A stretch of 64,000 bases of DNA, taken from NCBI GenBank assembly GCA_951406725.2, contig OX597823.1, forward strand, positions 22,568,001-22,632,000, in the 5' to 3' direction. The stretch comes from Octopus vulgaris. Lineage: Eukaryota. A program made the translations under genes and the position numbers. Of the stretch, positions 24,836 to 37,399 are shown piece by piece. The notes under the pieces were generated by a model. That model saw only the letters and a list, made by a program, of their open reading frames with translations, was not told the origin of the DNA and made no database searches. Numbering within the stretch: the stretch's first letter is position 1; every line of letters begins with the position of its first letter.

Positions 24836-26372
24836 TTAAAGTCTATTTTAAATATTTTTCTGATAAATTTACAAATTGTATCTATGAAGTGCGTATTATT
24901 CACTCTTTTTTTTTTGCTCCAAATATTTACCCACTGAAACAAGTGCACCAAATTATTGGTGTAAATGCGAATTCATAATCAAGAGAGGAGAGCAGTAGGT
25001 TTCGAAGCAACTATCGCTATATACTGTCTTTCTCGCCGTTTCTGGTAGTGATGTTCACATTTTCAGTGCAATTTATCCGACGACGCCTATCGGATTCTGC
25101 TTGCTCTCCGCCTTACATCTGTGACATATCTTATTCAAACTATACCCTTGTGATGAATCATTTTGTATAATCTTTTCTCTTTAAGTAATTAGTTTTGATA
25201 TGAATTCTTGTAATACTTAGAAATATTTATCATATAGTATTATTTATGAAACCATAAAATATTGGAAGGGAAATACCTCTTTTGTTTTATATCGATAATT
25301 TTTCTTCGCTCGAATAACTAGGACGGAAATGTTGCTTCCTACAATGTTGGTTGTTCAGAGCAATTTCAATATTATCTTCAATTAGGTTGCGTGGGATGGT
25401 TATTATTCAACGACGTGATTAGCCTCCCAATATGTGTAGGAGTACACATAAGTGTGTGTGTGTGTGTGTCTGTGTGTCTATGGATGTGTGTCATTGTATG
25501 TGTGTGACACTACGTGTGAGCGTGTTTATGTGTCTTATGTAAATGTGTATGTGTTTTATGCGCGTGTGTGTGTGTGTGTATGTGAGTGTGTGGTGCAATA
25601 GAAAGCCCAAGACTTTGTGTAAACAACACAGTGTGATGGCGGTTAAAAATATAAGATAAAAGGAACGGGAACGGAGATTCGCTTCTACTGTCAACCATGT
25701 CGCTCAACCACATGTACGGATATCTCCCACTTTTTGGCATTTTTTTTTTTTAATTGTAATTTTTAAGGGCCGGGCGTTTGTGTTCGTAAGAAGAATATAT
25801 GATGTTTGTGGCGATAAGCATAACCGTGGAAAAGTGTAAATAGATATAGAGAATATAGGGATTAAAGTTATAGGAAGTAAGAGGAGAAACTAAAAACACA
25901 TTGTAAGAAAAATTCCTTAAGAATATATATACCTACGGATTAGTGTTGGGACAACCGCATTTTCGGAGATTGGCAAATTATGAACTTCTGTCTTGGTGTG
26001 TCTATGTCAGTGTGTATTTATGCGTACGTGTGTGCGTGCATGAGTGCATGTATGTGTGGGGGAGGGGGCAATTGTTTTACTAAAGTGGAGAAACGTTTAT
26101 CATACGAAAAGCACTCTCTACTCAAAGTGACTACGAGTAAAGTGCAAAATTACTTCGTTTGAGTCTCAGTTTGAGTTTGCGAAACTATAAGTTGGTAAAT
26201 CATAGGTTGTTATATTAGGAAGGCGCAGAACAAGATACGATGGATGTTCGTCAGACTGAAGACCTGGTCCGTCAAAGATAGCCAAAGCGGGTTTGATTTA
26301 TAACACCAATTAATTAACACAGTTCAGCAAGCGAGCACAATATCGTTAATGTCATCCCTGACTTACGGAACG

Positions 26373-26721
26373 ATTACCTGTGTATGTGTGTGTTTTTGTT
26401 GTGTATGTGTTTGCGTGTGTGTTATTGTTGTGTATGTGTGTGTGTTATTGTTGTGTATGTGTGTGTGTTTGTTTTGTTGTGTATGTGTGTGTCTTTTTGT
26501 TGTGTATGTGTGTGTGTGTCTTTTTGTTGTGTATGTGTGCGTGTGTTGTGTATCTCTTAAATCGATAAATTTCGTCGCCCAATAAAAATATTAACGATAT
26601 TTTTTGAACTTTGATATCGTTAATATTTTTATTGGGCGACGAAATTCATCGATTTAAGAGATACACTACACACGCACACATACACAACAAAACACACACA
26701 CACACACATACACAACAAAAA

Positions 26722-26761
<40 letters not shown>

Positions 26762-26810
26762 AATACACACACACACACACACAACAAAAACACACACACA
26801 CACAGGTAAT
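26373..26810. repeat. Foldback palindrome (~200-230-bp arms, 13-nt loop) with TG/CA microsatellite arms
   Basis: ATTACCTG...TGTATCTCTTAAATCGAT.AATTTCGTCGCCCAATAAAAATATTAACGATAT and its reverse complement ending CAGGTAAT. Confidence 0.9.
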
Positions 26811-27171
26811 AAGCTCTCAAATTCCTGGAAGTATATCCTAATTTCTTGTGAATATACCCGTACTTCATGTAAATATACTTCAAGTTCTTGTGGAATATAC
26901 AGCATGTTCTTTGGAATAATTCCCCAAAGTATTAACAAAATTGTAGATATATCTATACAGACGCAGAGTCTTTCTTGAATACAGACAGGGAGAAATGGGT
27001 GAGTTGAATGTAGAATGTAAAGACACAATATCAAATGCTGTCATAAATTTAGTCTGGCACTCCACCTGCCTTAATAGTTTGTTTCTAGTCATTGGTAAAT
27101 TCGGAGAAATTTCCTTAGCACTACAGACCCACTTAACAGATGACAATTGTAATTATGGCTTTTATCAAAGA

Positions 27172-27321
27172 GTACAACAGGGATCACTACCAACCCCTGC
27201 CGGAGCTTCGTGGAGCTTTTAGGTGCTTTCGCTCAAATAAACATACACAACGCCCGGTATGGGAATCGAAACCGCAATCCTCCGACTGCAAGTCCGCTGC
27301 CCTAACCACTGGACCATTGCG
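27172..27321 (-). mobile_element. SINE family C 5' fragment (another at 43781-43925)
   Basis: Reverse complement of the tRNA head and TTGAGCGAAA.CACCTAAAAGCTCC. Confidence 0.8.
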
Positions 27322-27965
27322 ATCCTATTTCCATCTGCCAGGATAAAGGGCTAAAGACAGAAACGCTAAGGTTTTATTCTTCCAGACACTTATTTAGATT
27401 CCCATATTTACTCATGGAATACTTGTTGACGACGGATAGAGAAATACCTATTTCTTTACTACCCACAAGGAGTTAAACACAGAGAGAACAAACAAGGACA
27501 GACAAACGGATAGAGAAATACCAGTTTGCTTCGAACATTAATAATGTTTGTTTTATATCATAAGCCACAGGGTCTTAAGTTTGAAGCCGAGATAAGTCGA
27601 TTGCATCGATCCCAGTATTTGAGTGGTATTTTATTTTATCGATTCCGGTGAAATGAAAGCAAAGTCTATCTTGGCTGAATTTGAACTTTGAGCCTAAAGA
27701 GCCGAAACAATTCTGCCAGATATTTTTGTCCAACGTTCTAACCATTCTACCAATCTATTTCCCTCACTTTAATTATAATGATCTCTAACACACACTTAGC
27801 GGGGTGGGACATGTACATAAAATCGATTTAATCACCACCTCTAATAAAAATGGATTTATTCAGTCGACTCCAGACAGGTAAAACGTGATATTTTTCTAGC
27901 ATAGATATACACCCATTATTTTTAAGAAGAAACTGTATGGAAACCTTGAAGTGGGATACCGTTCC

Positions 27966-28353
27966 GGATCTTTTCGGTTTGAACGGCAGTTTTTAACATA
28001 ATTTCTAGGTAACTAAAAAATGTTAAACTTCGTATACTGTTTATAAAACATCTTTTTCTCTTGGATTTATTGAGAAAATTCTATAGTTTGTAAGATATTT
28101 GTTGTTGTTTTTTTCTTCAATTTCTGCAATTTCAACCAATCACTGACGTCTATTGAGTTAAAAAGCATTCTGTGCCGTATGAAGATTGGGTTTATTTACA
28201 TTTGTGAAGAAAAAAAGATACCCTTCCCCACCCCTAATCCTAACTCTAACCAACAGATTGAAATGCAATAGATTGATACTAGGGTTATAATTATGGGTGA
28301 CAATTTCATATGACACTGCTAGAAAAAAACTGTCGTTCAAACAGAAAAGATCC
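27966..28353 (+). mobile_element. Merlin-type MITE with 9-bp TSD
   Basis: TIR GGATCTTTTCGGTTTGAACGGCAGTTTTT; TSD TACCGTTCC at 27957-27965 and 28354-28362; internal CCTAA-like repeats. Confidence 0.88.
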
Positions 28354-28639
28354 TACCGTTCCTGTTCTTGAAAGCCGACTTCGTCCACCGCTCGGTTTAA
28401 CGTCACCACTTGATATTTGTGTACATTCAGCAGAGTCCATTATGTACGCAAGAGTATTTGAGCGAGGTCTTCAGTCTGAAGATAACCACTTCTTTCTTGT
28501 TTCAAAAGCCATTAAAAAGTTTCGTTTTCGCTGCCGCTTCTCCACTGACAAAGTAATTTAAAGAGGACCGAGCTGTTGAAAGCGAAATGTCTTGGCTATG
28601 GACAGATACATTCTACTAAACACTTGGTACTTCAATACA

Positions 28640-28960
28640 GGCGCATGGCTTAGTGGTTAGGGCATTCGGCTGACGATTGTAAGGTCGTGAGTTCGATTCC
28701 CGGCGATGCGTTGTGTCCTTGAACAAGACACTTTATTTCACGTTGCTCCAGTCCACTCAGCTGGCAAAAATGAGTTGTACCTGTATTTCAAGGGGCCGGC
28801 CTTGTCACACTCTGTGTCACGCTGAATCTCCCTGAGAACTACGTTAAGGGTACTCGTGTCTGTGGATTGCTCAGTCACTTGCACGTTAATTCCACGAGCA
28901 AGCTGTTCCGTTGATCGTATCAGCTGGGACCCTCGTCGTCGTAACCGACGGAGTGCTCCT
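28640..28960 (+). mobile_element. Chimeric SINE: distinct tRNA head, family D-type central domain, family C-type tail
   Basis: TGTGTCCTTGAACAAGACACTTTATTTCACG centre; GGCCGGCCTTGTCAC...CGTAACCGACGGAGTGC tail; TTCAATACA on both flanks. Confidence 0.85.
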
Positions 28961-29377
28961 ACTAGTTCAATACAACGGCTTCTGTACTGCCCTTGTGCGC
29001 TGTTTCACTGTTTTGTCACGTGTGATATTTTAAACAGTTGAGAGCGTAGTGGTACGTCAGCTAACTTAGCTTTATGAACAGATTGAATCTGTATATTTAC
29101 CCCCTCGCACATTCACTCGACACCAGGCGAGTCTAACAGATAACCCTCTCGCCCTCTTTTCACACAGGTCTGGGCTTTTTAATGAACTGATCATCAACCT
29201 GGTTAACTTGATTGCAAAGTGGACATAACATTTTATGTTTGCTATTCACGTCTCCTTAACATCTGAGCTCAAAAGCTGCTGAGTTCACCTTTGCCTCAAA
29301 GTCGATAAAAGAATGTATCGATCTAGTCGGTTATATATTACCCAAAATTTCAAACATTATTCCTTTCTTAGAAATTC

Positions 29378-30139
29378 TTTTACTCTTTTATTCTTTTACT
29401 TGTTTCAGTCATTTAAATGCGGCCATGCTGGAGCACCACCTTAAAGGATTTTAGTCGAATAAATCGACTCCAGGACTTATTCTTTTCGAGCCTAGTACTT
29501 ATTCTATCGGTTTGTTTTGCCGAACAACTAAGGTAAGGGGATGTAAACACACCAACATTGGTTGTCAAGTGATAGTGGTGATGGGGGGGACAAACACATA
29601 AATATACTCACACACACAAACACACGCACACATTATATATACGACGGGCTCCTTTCAGTTTCCGTCTACCAAGTCCATTCGCAAGGCTTTGGTCGGCCCA
29701 AGGCTATAGTAGAAGATACGCAGCGGGACTGAACCCGGAACCATATGGTTGGGAAGCATGCTTCTTACCATACAACCACGCCTGCGCCTATTCTTACCAC
29801 ACAGCCACAATGTAAAAAATTAAAGGAATTGTTCGTAGAGATTAGTAACAATGCTCTTTACTCTCTTTTACTCTTTTACTTGTTTCAGTCATTTGACTGT
29901 GGCCATGCTGGAGCACCGCCTTTAGTCGAGCAAATCGACTCCAGGACTTATTCTTTGTAAGCCGAGTACTTATTCTATCGGTCTCTTTTGACGAACCGCT
30001 AAGTTACGGGGACGTAAACACACCATCATCGATTGTCAAGCGATGTTGGGGGGGGGGCAAGCACAGACACACAAACATACACACACACATACATATGACG
30101 GTCTTCTTTCAGTGTCCGTCTACCAAATCCACTCACAAG
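29378..30139 (-). mobile_element. Two family B SINEs (29378-29788 and truncated 29853-30139)
   Basis: Reverse complement of 4911-5348. Confidence 0.85.
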
Positions 30140-30780
30140 AGTGGGAAGAGGGTCGAAAGTGTGACTCACATTGTTAGTACTCGTGAAAGTCTTACACAGA
30201 TAGAATACAAGTGCAGATACGACAAGGTTGCCCGAAACCTTCACTGGCTACTATGCCGGAAGTATGGATACAAGGTAACGGATGCTTGGTACCAACATAC
30301 ACCGCAAAAAGTAATGTACTTTAAGGGAAAGGCAAAAATCCTCTGGGACTTAGACTTTCTGGTAGACAATGCGTTAGGGCACCGAAAGCTGGATATAGTA
30401 ACCTTTAGGAGGGACAAATAAGAGTGGCTAATAACCGACGTTGCAGTCAGAGGATCAACATATTACCATGAAAAAAAGGATTAATGAATATGGATAGCTG
30501 AGGATTAAGATCGCTAAGAGTAGGTTATTCCTATTGTCATTGGTGCATTGGGTTCAATATCACCCAACCTGACAAAAAAAAACAAAAAACATCTGGAAAC
30601 TTTAGAATTACCCTACAATCTAGGTGTATTGCAAAAACAGCATTACTTGGAACTGCACGCATTTTGCGTAAAGTATTGTCTGTCTGAGGTCCTTGTTGTG
30701 ACTTGACAGGCAGTACAAACCCTCGGTAGACACAATATCTTCAATCAACATCACGATATTGGATACTGTATGACGTCTTA

Positions 30781-30852
<72 letters not shown>
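30140..30852 (+). mobile_element. R4/Dong-type LINE 3' fragment with (TAA)n tail
   Basis: ESVTHIVS...YKCRYDKVARNLHWLLC...KILWDLDF...HRKLDIV; LQKTALLGTARILRKVL; (TAA)n at 30781-30852. Confidence 0.85.
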
Positions 30853-31243
30853 TAGAAGGCTTGATTTAGTAATTGTAAACGAAGAGAGTAGAAAGTGCCA
30901 GGTAATTAATTGGCTTTACAGTCTTAAATGAGGAGGAAAAATCAATATGAGAGGTATAGAGAAAATAACTAAGTACCAGCACCTAGTCATTGAGTTACAG
31001 AGGCTATGGAAAGAGTGGGTAAAATGCCTCCCCGTAGTTATAGGTGCATCAGGAACTACCCCCAGAGATTTGAACGGATGGATAGAGGAAATGGGCATAA
31101 AACCTAGTTTAGTAAAGCCCCGTAAAACGGTGTTATAAGGGACAGCTGGATTACTTAGGAATGTTCTTGACATCTAAAGTTACTTATAATAACCTGATGT
31201 TAGGATTTTTTCCAACAGTTTAATCTGTTGTGTATATATGAAC

Positions 31244-31304
<61 letters not shown>
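30853..31304 (+). mobile_element. Second R4/Dong-type LINE 3' fragment with (TAA)n tail
   Basis: EKITKYQHLVIELQRLWK..LPVVIGASG; (TAA)n at 31244-31304. Confidence 0.8.
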
Positions 31305-31305
<1 letters not shown>

Positions 31306-32699
31306 GTGGTAATGATGAGGATTATGATTTATAAAATACTGATATGCGTTTTGATAGTCATAAGAATAAGTTTAATTTTTTCGGAAAATAAACACTTTTG
31401 TAATTCGTTTAATTACTATATGTAATCACACGCGCACACTCACACCAACACTGACACACATATTGTGAGTGTGTATAAATGCATATATGTGCGTGTATTT
31501 ATTTGGGTATGTGTGTGTGTATTTATCTGTGTGTTTGTGTGGATATGTGTGTCTAGGTATGTGTGTTCAAATATTTCCGAATGGATGTTAATTATTTGCA
31601 CTGAGATGAAAGTAAAAAAAAACACAACAAATGACGGATTGAATTGTCATAACATGTGTGTGTGTGTGCATGTGTGTGTGATTGTATGCGTGTGTGTTTC
31701 CATTCCATTATTCATGGAATTCACCATTTGTTATCCATAAAATGCAGCTACAATATGGAAATGAGTGTCTCATATGCTGTATAAATATATTAATAACCAT
31801 TAACGTTTGTTAGCTACAAACGACAGTCGTAGCTGTGTTTTTCATGAATACTTTATCCAAGCAATTTTCTCATTTCATGTCTCGTTCAAGGGTAATAGAG
31901 ACATCGTGTTGATTTTGGTATCGTCAAGGAGAATCTCTGAAAGTGTGTAGGTGAGGAGACTGGCTAGTGGTGGAGACGGTAATGGTGGTGGTTCGGAGAA
32001 AAGAGAGGTGGGAAGTTTTGCATCAGTAAGAGTTAATTCAGTGAAGAGAAAAAGAGAGAATGAAGAAGAGTACTGATGAAAGGATGAGAACAAAGAAACA
32101 AAGGAGAGTAAGGGGAAACAGTGTAAGGTTTATGGTGTTTGTTGACCAGTGTTGAATATGGCCTCGACCTAGAGTATCATAAAGAATAACACTGTGTGTG
32201 CTTTAACCATCTGTGGTTGATCAATACGATACGTTGGTGTTTAGACTTTACAGCATCATAAAAGGCGATGACAACTATTTCTATACAAAGAATAACCCTG
32301 CCTTCCAGCTTGAAACAACAGCCAAATATCCCTTATATATTACACGCGTTCCATTCTTCAAAGAGGTAAGGAAATAATAATGTATCTGTTATATAACATT
32401 AACGAAATGGCCAAGGCCGGAATTCCCTAGGATTATAGTCCTGCTCAATTAAGCCTTTCCCGAGGTTAAACAACACTAACAACAAAGACAACAACAACAA
32501 CAATTAATATTAATACTGTGATTAGTTGAGTACTAGATATAGCAGCTAGATCTCCCAAGATTTATGTTATGATAAAAATAAAGAACAAACCGGTCATATT
32601 TGGAATGGCTTTCATCAGTGTTAATCTAGGGCCAAACACCTCAAACTACCTCTGTTATAGAATATTCAGTATGGATGGTAATGTGACCACGTATCATTC

Positions 32700-33218
32700 T
32701 GAGTGTCTGATTATATACGTATCTTGCAGTATATCGAAAGAGCGATCCCTAGAAATGAAATTGCCAATAATAGTGAAGTACATATTCAGTGTAACCTCAG
32801 ATGAAACGCATTGATTACAATGGCATATTAAAGGACCGTGGCTTCAAAAATAGAATACATGCATGTACACTGCAACATAATTTCTTTTCCTCAATAGGCC
32901 CTGCCCTATCTAACATTGTCCCGAGGGAGATCAAAAAGGAAAAGGATCCCATCAACTTTAAACAGAGTCTGGATAGATTCCTTCAAAGAATATCAGATAA
33001 GCCACCCATAATTGGATTCAACTCACCCAACAAGAACTCACTACTTGAACAAAACTGGATACAACTCACCCAACAAGAACTCACTACTTGAACAAAACTT
33101 GACTTAAACAAAACTTGACTTAAACAGGATTCGAATAATCCTATCAGGTGGTGCTATTAAGTTAGACATGGCCTGGACCAATCTTTGGTCGAAACATATC
33201 TAAGTTTATCTAAGTTTA
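32700..33218 (+). mobile_element. LINE (CR1/L2-like) 3' end; the 3' UTR is also present at 41166-41280 minus
   Basis: FSSIGPALSNIVPREIK...FKQSLDRFLQRISDKP...NKNSLLE; UTR with GACCAA/TTGGTC stem-loop and (ATCTAAGTTT) tail. Confidence 0.75.
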
Positions 33219-33369
33219 CATCGCGGCCAAAAACAACAATGATATTCAGAAGCAGAAAAAAATCAACGAAAGCAGAATATTGCAAGATATACTCGTCCCT
33301 GTAATTTAAATGTTCATTTAAATGTAATTTAAACGTTAATACATACATATACATATATATATACATACC

Positions 33370-33538
33370 CTTTTATTTGTTTCAGTCATTTGTCTGTGGC
33401 CATGCTGGAGCACCGCCTTCAGTTGAGCAAATTGACCCCACGACTTATTCTTTGTAAGCCTAGTACTTATTCTATCGGACTCTTTTGTCGAACTGCTGCC
33501 AGCTTCGGTTGTCAAGCGATGTTGGGGGACAAACATAT

Positions 33539-33602
<64 letters not shown>

Positions 33603-33751
33603 TCATATATACGACGGGATTCTTTCAGTTTCTGTCTACCAAATCCACTCACAAGGCTTTGGTAGGCCTGAAGCTATAGTTGAAGACACTTGCCCAAGGT
33701 GCCACGCAGTGGGACTGAACCCGGAACCATGTGGTTCGTAAACAAGCTACT
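33370..33751 (-). mobile_element. SINE family B, interrupted in its tRNA head
   Basis: Family B sequence ends at CAAGCTACT, where a LINE-like 3' end begins. Confidence 0.85.
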
Positions 33752-34848
33752 TTATTTCATTAAGATTTGCCATAAAGGCATTACAAAGAGTAGCTTGCGG
33801 GCTGGATATATACACTGAGGAGGTGAATGATGAAATAGGGATGATATTGATGAGAGAGGGCAAAAAACGCCCGCCAATGTTCTTCTTCTCTAAAACATTG
33901 TTCTTTTTTTTTTTTAAACAGAATAACCAAAACGAAGTATTGAATGTCTCGCGACAGTTTTCACAGTTATTGGATTTAATAGTCCATTACAAATATTAAC
34001 ATGTAATAACATACAATAAAATATTCAATATACAATCAAACAGTTCAATAAAGAGTCACAATAGAAGAAGAAAATAATAGTTCCTAAAAAGAAAACACAG
34101 CAAAAAAATCTCCTGGGCATTCATGTACTCCAAACCCTTATGCGGTACTAGTAGCGTAGACTGGACCCGGTTTGCGCACATGCGTAGACGCGCGTCCGCG
34201 CTAACCAGACGTAGGCAGTCGATCCTACAAGCTGACTGGCGCATGCACGATATATACAAGTATATATCGTATATATCGTGCATGCGCCAGTCAGCTCTTA
34301 GGATCGACTGCCTACGTCTGGCTAGCACGGACGCGCGTCTGCGCGTGTGCGCAAACCGGATCCAGTCTACTCTACTCCAATTAGAACCTGGACTGCTCCA
34401 CTTGAATACAACTTTCCAACGTACTTGTAAAATATACACTATTTACTAACAGCGAATGACTTTCGGTGGTAGGATAACTCACCAAACTATATTTCTCACA
34501 ATGAGAAAAAATTTTCACTTCATGTGAACACTTCAAATACAGTTTTCCAATAATGGTAAATGTTGTTGTTGTAAAAACAAAGTATTTGAAGGATACGCCC
34601 ACTAGACAATGAGAAAAAAATTTACTATGGACCATATTACTGAACCACAAGTAGACCAACATCCTGAATTCAGTGAGGTTTCCTTGTTTGTAAAACATAT
34701 AAGCACAGACAACGACCCTCACCAGGTCCAAGAGAAAAGTCTTACCTTGCAACAGCTTCTTTTGGCCGGCTAAACACAGCCGACTATCTTCTTCAGTGCA
34801 CAACACAATGACGCATGCGCACACTGACAACTGAGACTCATAGGAAAT
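33752..34848 (-). mobile_element. Non-coding retroelement sharing its 3' UTR with the Tx1-like element at 34861-36945
   Basis: TTTATTTCAT..TTTGCCATA.AGGCA..ACAAAGA...CGCCCGCC...TCTCTAAAACATTGTTC shared; flanked by TAA(A/G)CAAGCTACT duplication. Confidence 0.6.
34150..34376. repeat. GC-rich near-perfect hairpin MITE (~110-bp arms)
   Basis: GTAGACTGGACCCGGTTTGCGCAC...GCGCATGCACGATATATAC and its reverse complement. Confidence 0.9.
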
Positions 34849-34860
34849 AAGCAAGCTACT

Positions 34861-36945
34861 TTATTTCATTTCATTTGCCATAGAGGCAGCACAAAGATGG
34901 GTGGAGGCGCAATGGCCCAGTGGTTAGGGCAGCGGACTCGCGGTCGTAGGATCGCGGTTGGTTTCGATTCCCAGACCGGGCGTTGTGAGTGTTTATTGAG
35001 CGAAAACACCTAAAGCTCCACGAGGCTCAGGCAGGGATGGTGGTGATCCCTGCTGTACTCTTTCACCACAACTTTCTCTCACTCTTACTTCCTGTTTCTG
35101 TTGTACCTGTATTTCAAAGGGCCGGCCTTGTCACTCTCTGTGTCACGCTGAATATCCCCGAGAACTGCGTTAAGGGTACACGTGTCTGTGGAGTGCTCAG
35201 CCACTTACACGTTAATTTCACGAGCAGGCTGTTCCGTTGATCGGATCAACCGGAACCCTCGTCGTCGTAACCGACGGAGTGCTTCCACACACACCACACA
35301 AAGATGGGTAGCTTTGCGGGTTGGACATAGACATTAATGAGGCGGATGATTATGATCAAAAAATAATAAAGAAGAGAGAAGGCAGAAAGCGCCCGCCGAC
35401 TCTCTGCTTCTCTAAAACATTGTTCTTTAAAAATGCATATACAGAGGTATTAACCTTCTTACAATTTAAGATACAATATATTTGGACTAAAAAGTCCATA
35501 CAATTATAAATTACAATTTATACACAAATTAGAGGCGATAAACCTCTACAATTCTTTCCCGAGTAAATTTCTTGCAACTTGCAAGCATTGCTGCCACCGA
35601 AATCTGGGACTCCAAAACAGGATTCTATAATTCTCGTTTTTACACGAGTCAATTATCAGATCACAATACTTTCCTTCCAGCACCAGGGCAGTCACCTGCG
35701 AAGGACACTCAGGGCTGTCAATATAATTCGGTTCCCTCAGGACCCGACTATCCATATAATTCTCCACGAAACTGTCAAAAGCTCTTCCCCTGAGATAGCA
35801 GAACATACATTCTTCACCACCTTCACTGGAAGGGGCCTCAACTCCTTCATTCGGAAGCACACATCCCACTGACGAGGTCATCTTCGTCCCCCCTCCGGTG
35901 GCGCACATACCACCGAAGGGGTTTCGGGCCATTCCGTCACCGGCAATGGCCCGTTTTTTCTTTTTTCTCTTCTTTTTTTTCCTTTTACGACGGGAAGGTG
36001 GAGTTCCTTCGACATCTCCGGAGGACCCTCCCTCGCCCCCGCCGTCTCAGGATTCATCGGTGGGCAACCAGTGTTGTCCCTCTTCTTTCTTTTCTTCCCC
36101 TTTGTTTTCGAGGAGGTTACCCCCTCCTCAACTTTTTCCTCCACTGGGGGAGCAGGGAACACCTCTTCAATTAATTGTTCCAGGACCTTTGCTTGGTCCT
36201 GGCAACAGTTCTTCCTTATGTGGCCCGATTCCTGGCACAAGTGACACTTGAGGGTGGGGTGTCCCTCAACCATCACCGGGTACCTGGAACCGGCCATTAT
36301 TTAAAAATCTGGTAAAACCAGATCATCGGCTGATTGAGTCCATAGGGTCAAAATTGCTTTTGTCCCGACCCAATCAACCGCAGGCAACATTTTAACATTT
36401 AAGAGCTTGGCAGGGCCGCCACCCAGGCCCCGAAGGATAGTGTCTTCTATCCCTTCGGCCTCTATATCGGGTGGCAGCTCGCACACCCAGGCTCTTGTCA
36501 ACCCTCTACCGCCATAAGTAGGGAGAAACAAAATTTTCTCCCCCTCCAAAGGCGTGTTCGCAAAATTACGAGCTTCCGCAGGAGTGTTAAAAAGTACACA
36601 CACAGTTTCACACTTCACACCCCTGCGGATAAACTTAACAGTTGGAGATAGTCTGCCAACTCCTCCTCAATTTCTTCCTCAGAGAAGACTTTGATGGTGT
36701 CAAGAACCCTAGAATAAGTCCTTAACATCACCGTTCTCTCCGTATAATTTTTAACCCTTTCTTTGGGGGCCAGAATTTGCCACTCCAAAGCGGATTTCAC
36801 CGGTGCCATGTTGATAGCCAAAACAGGAAAAGTCTACAAACAAAAATCAAAATGTTCAAATGAAAGTCTATAAAGAAACTCAAAAAAAAGATCAGAAAGA
36901 CAGACAGGAGAAGAAAGAGCTAAGGAAAATAGTCCAAAATGCAAC
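34861..36945 (-). mobile_element. Tx1/L1-like element carrying only a disrupted ORF1 (gag-like CCHC knuckle)
   Basis: ORF pieces 36615-36821, 36301-36618, 35878-36297, 35546-35932 join into one ORF1-like protein with VEGHPTLKCHLCQESGHIRKNC; directly followed by a 3' UTR; no endonuclease or RT motifs seen. Confidence 0.7.
34903..35296 (+). mobile_element. SINE family C nested in the Tx1-like 3' UTR
   Basis: TSD CACAAAGATGGGT at 34890-34902 and 35297-35309. Confidence 0.92.
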
Positions 36946-37399
36946 ACAACACAATTCTGCTATTCTGGTAATCCAAACTCGTAGTCCTTCGCAGCACAAA
37001 TGGTATCCCGTCCAACTCTGGTGGTAATACAACTCAAAGACACCGCATTAACAAATAAATATCCTTCATTATTAAATAACAACCATGTCTGAATTCTAAC
37101 TGTTGAGAAAGAGGGACACCAACTACCAATAACAATTCTATAAACCTTAGTGGGGCCTCTGCTACAACCACTGCTAGGTGTAAAGATGGACAACTGCTCT
37201 AAGCCAAGACAACCACTACTACTAGCTAGGAGATATTATTTGAATAGGAGTTTTGAAAAGATCTTGTTTTTAATGTTTTCGTATATGTATGAGTGTTTAA
37301 GTCAAGCAGACTATTTTCTTTTTTGTGTAGTTGTATCTGCCAAGTCTTACCATGTATTTTTGCATCGGTTATACTTATTTGTTTCCTTTGGGTTCAATG

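Noticed and set aside
33165-33205. GACC-loop-GGTC-GAAAC as a hammerhead
   Set aside because: No CUGANGA upstream; more likely a LINE 3' recognition stem-loop
34056-34449. Mirror-image ORFs on both strands
   Set aside because: Artefact of the GC-rich palindrome
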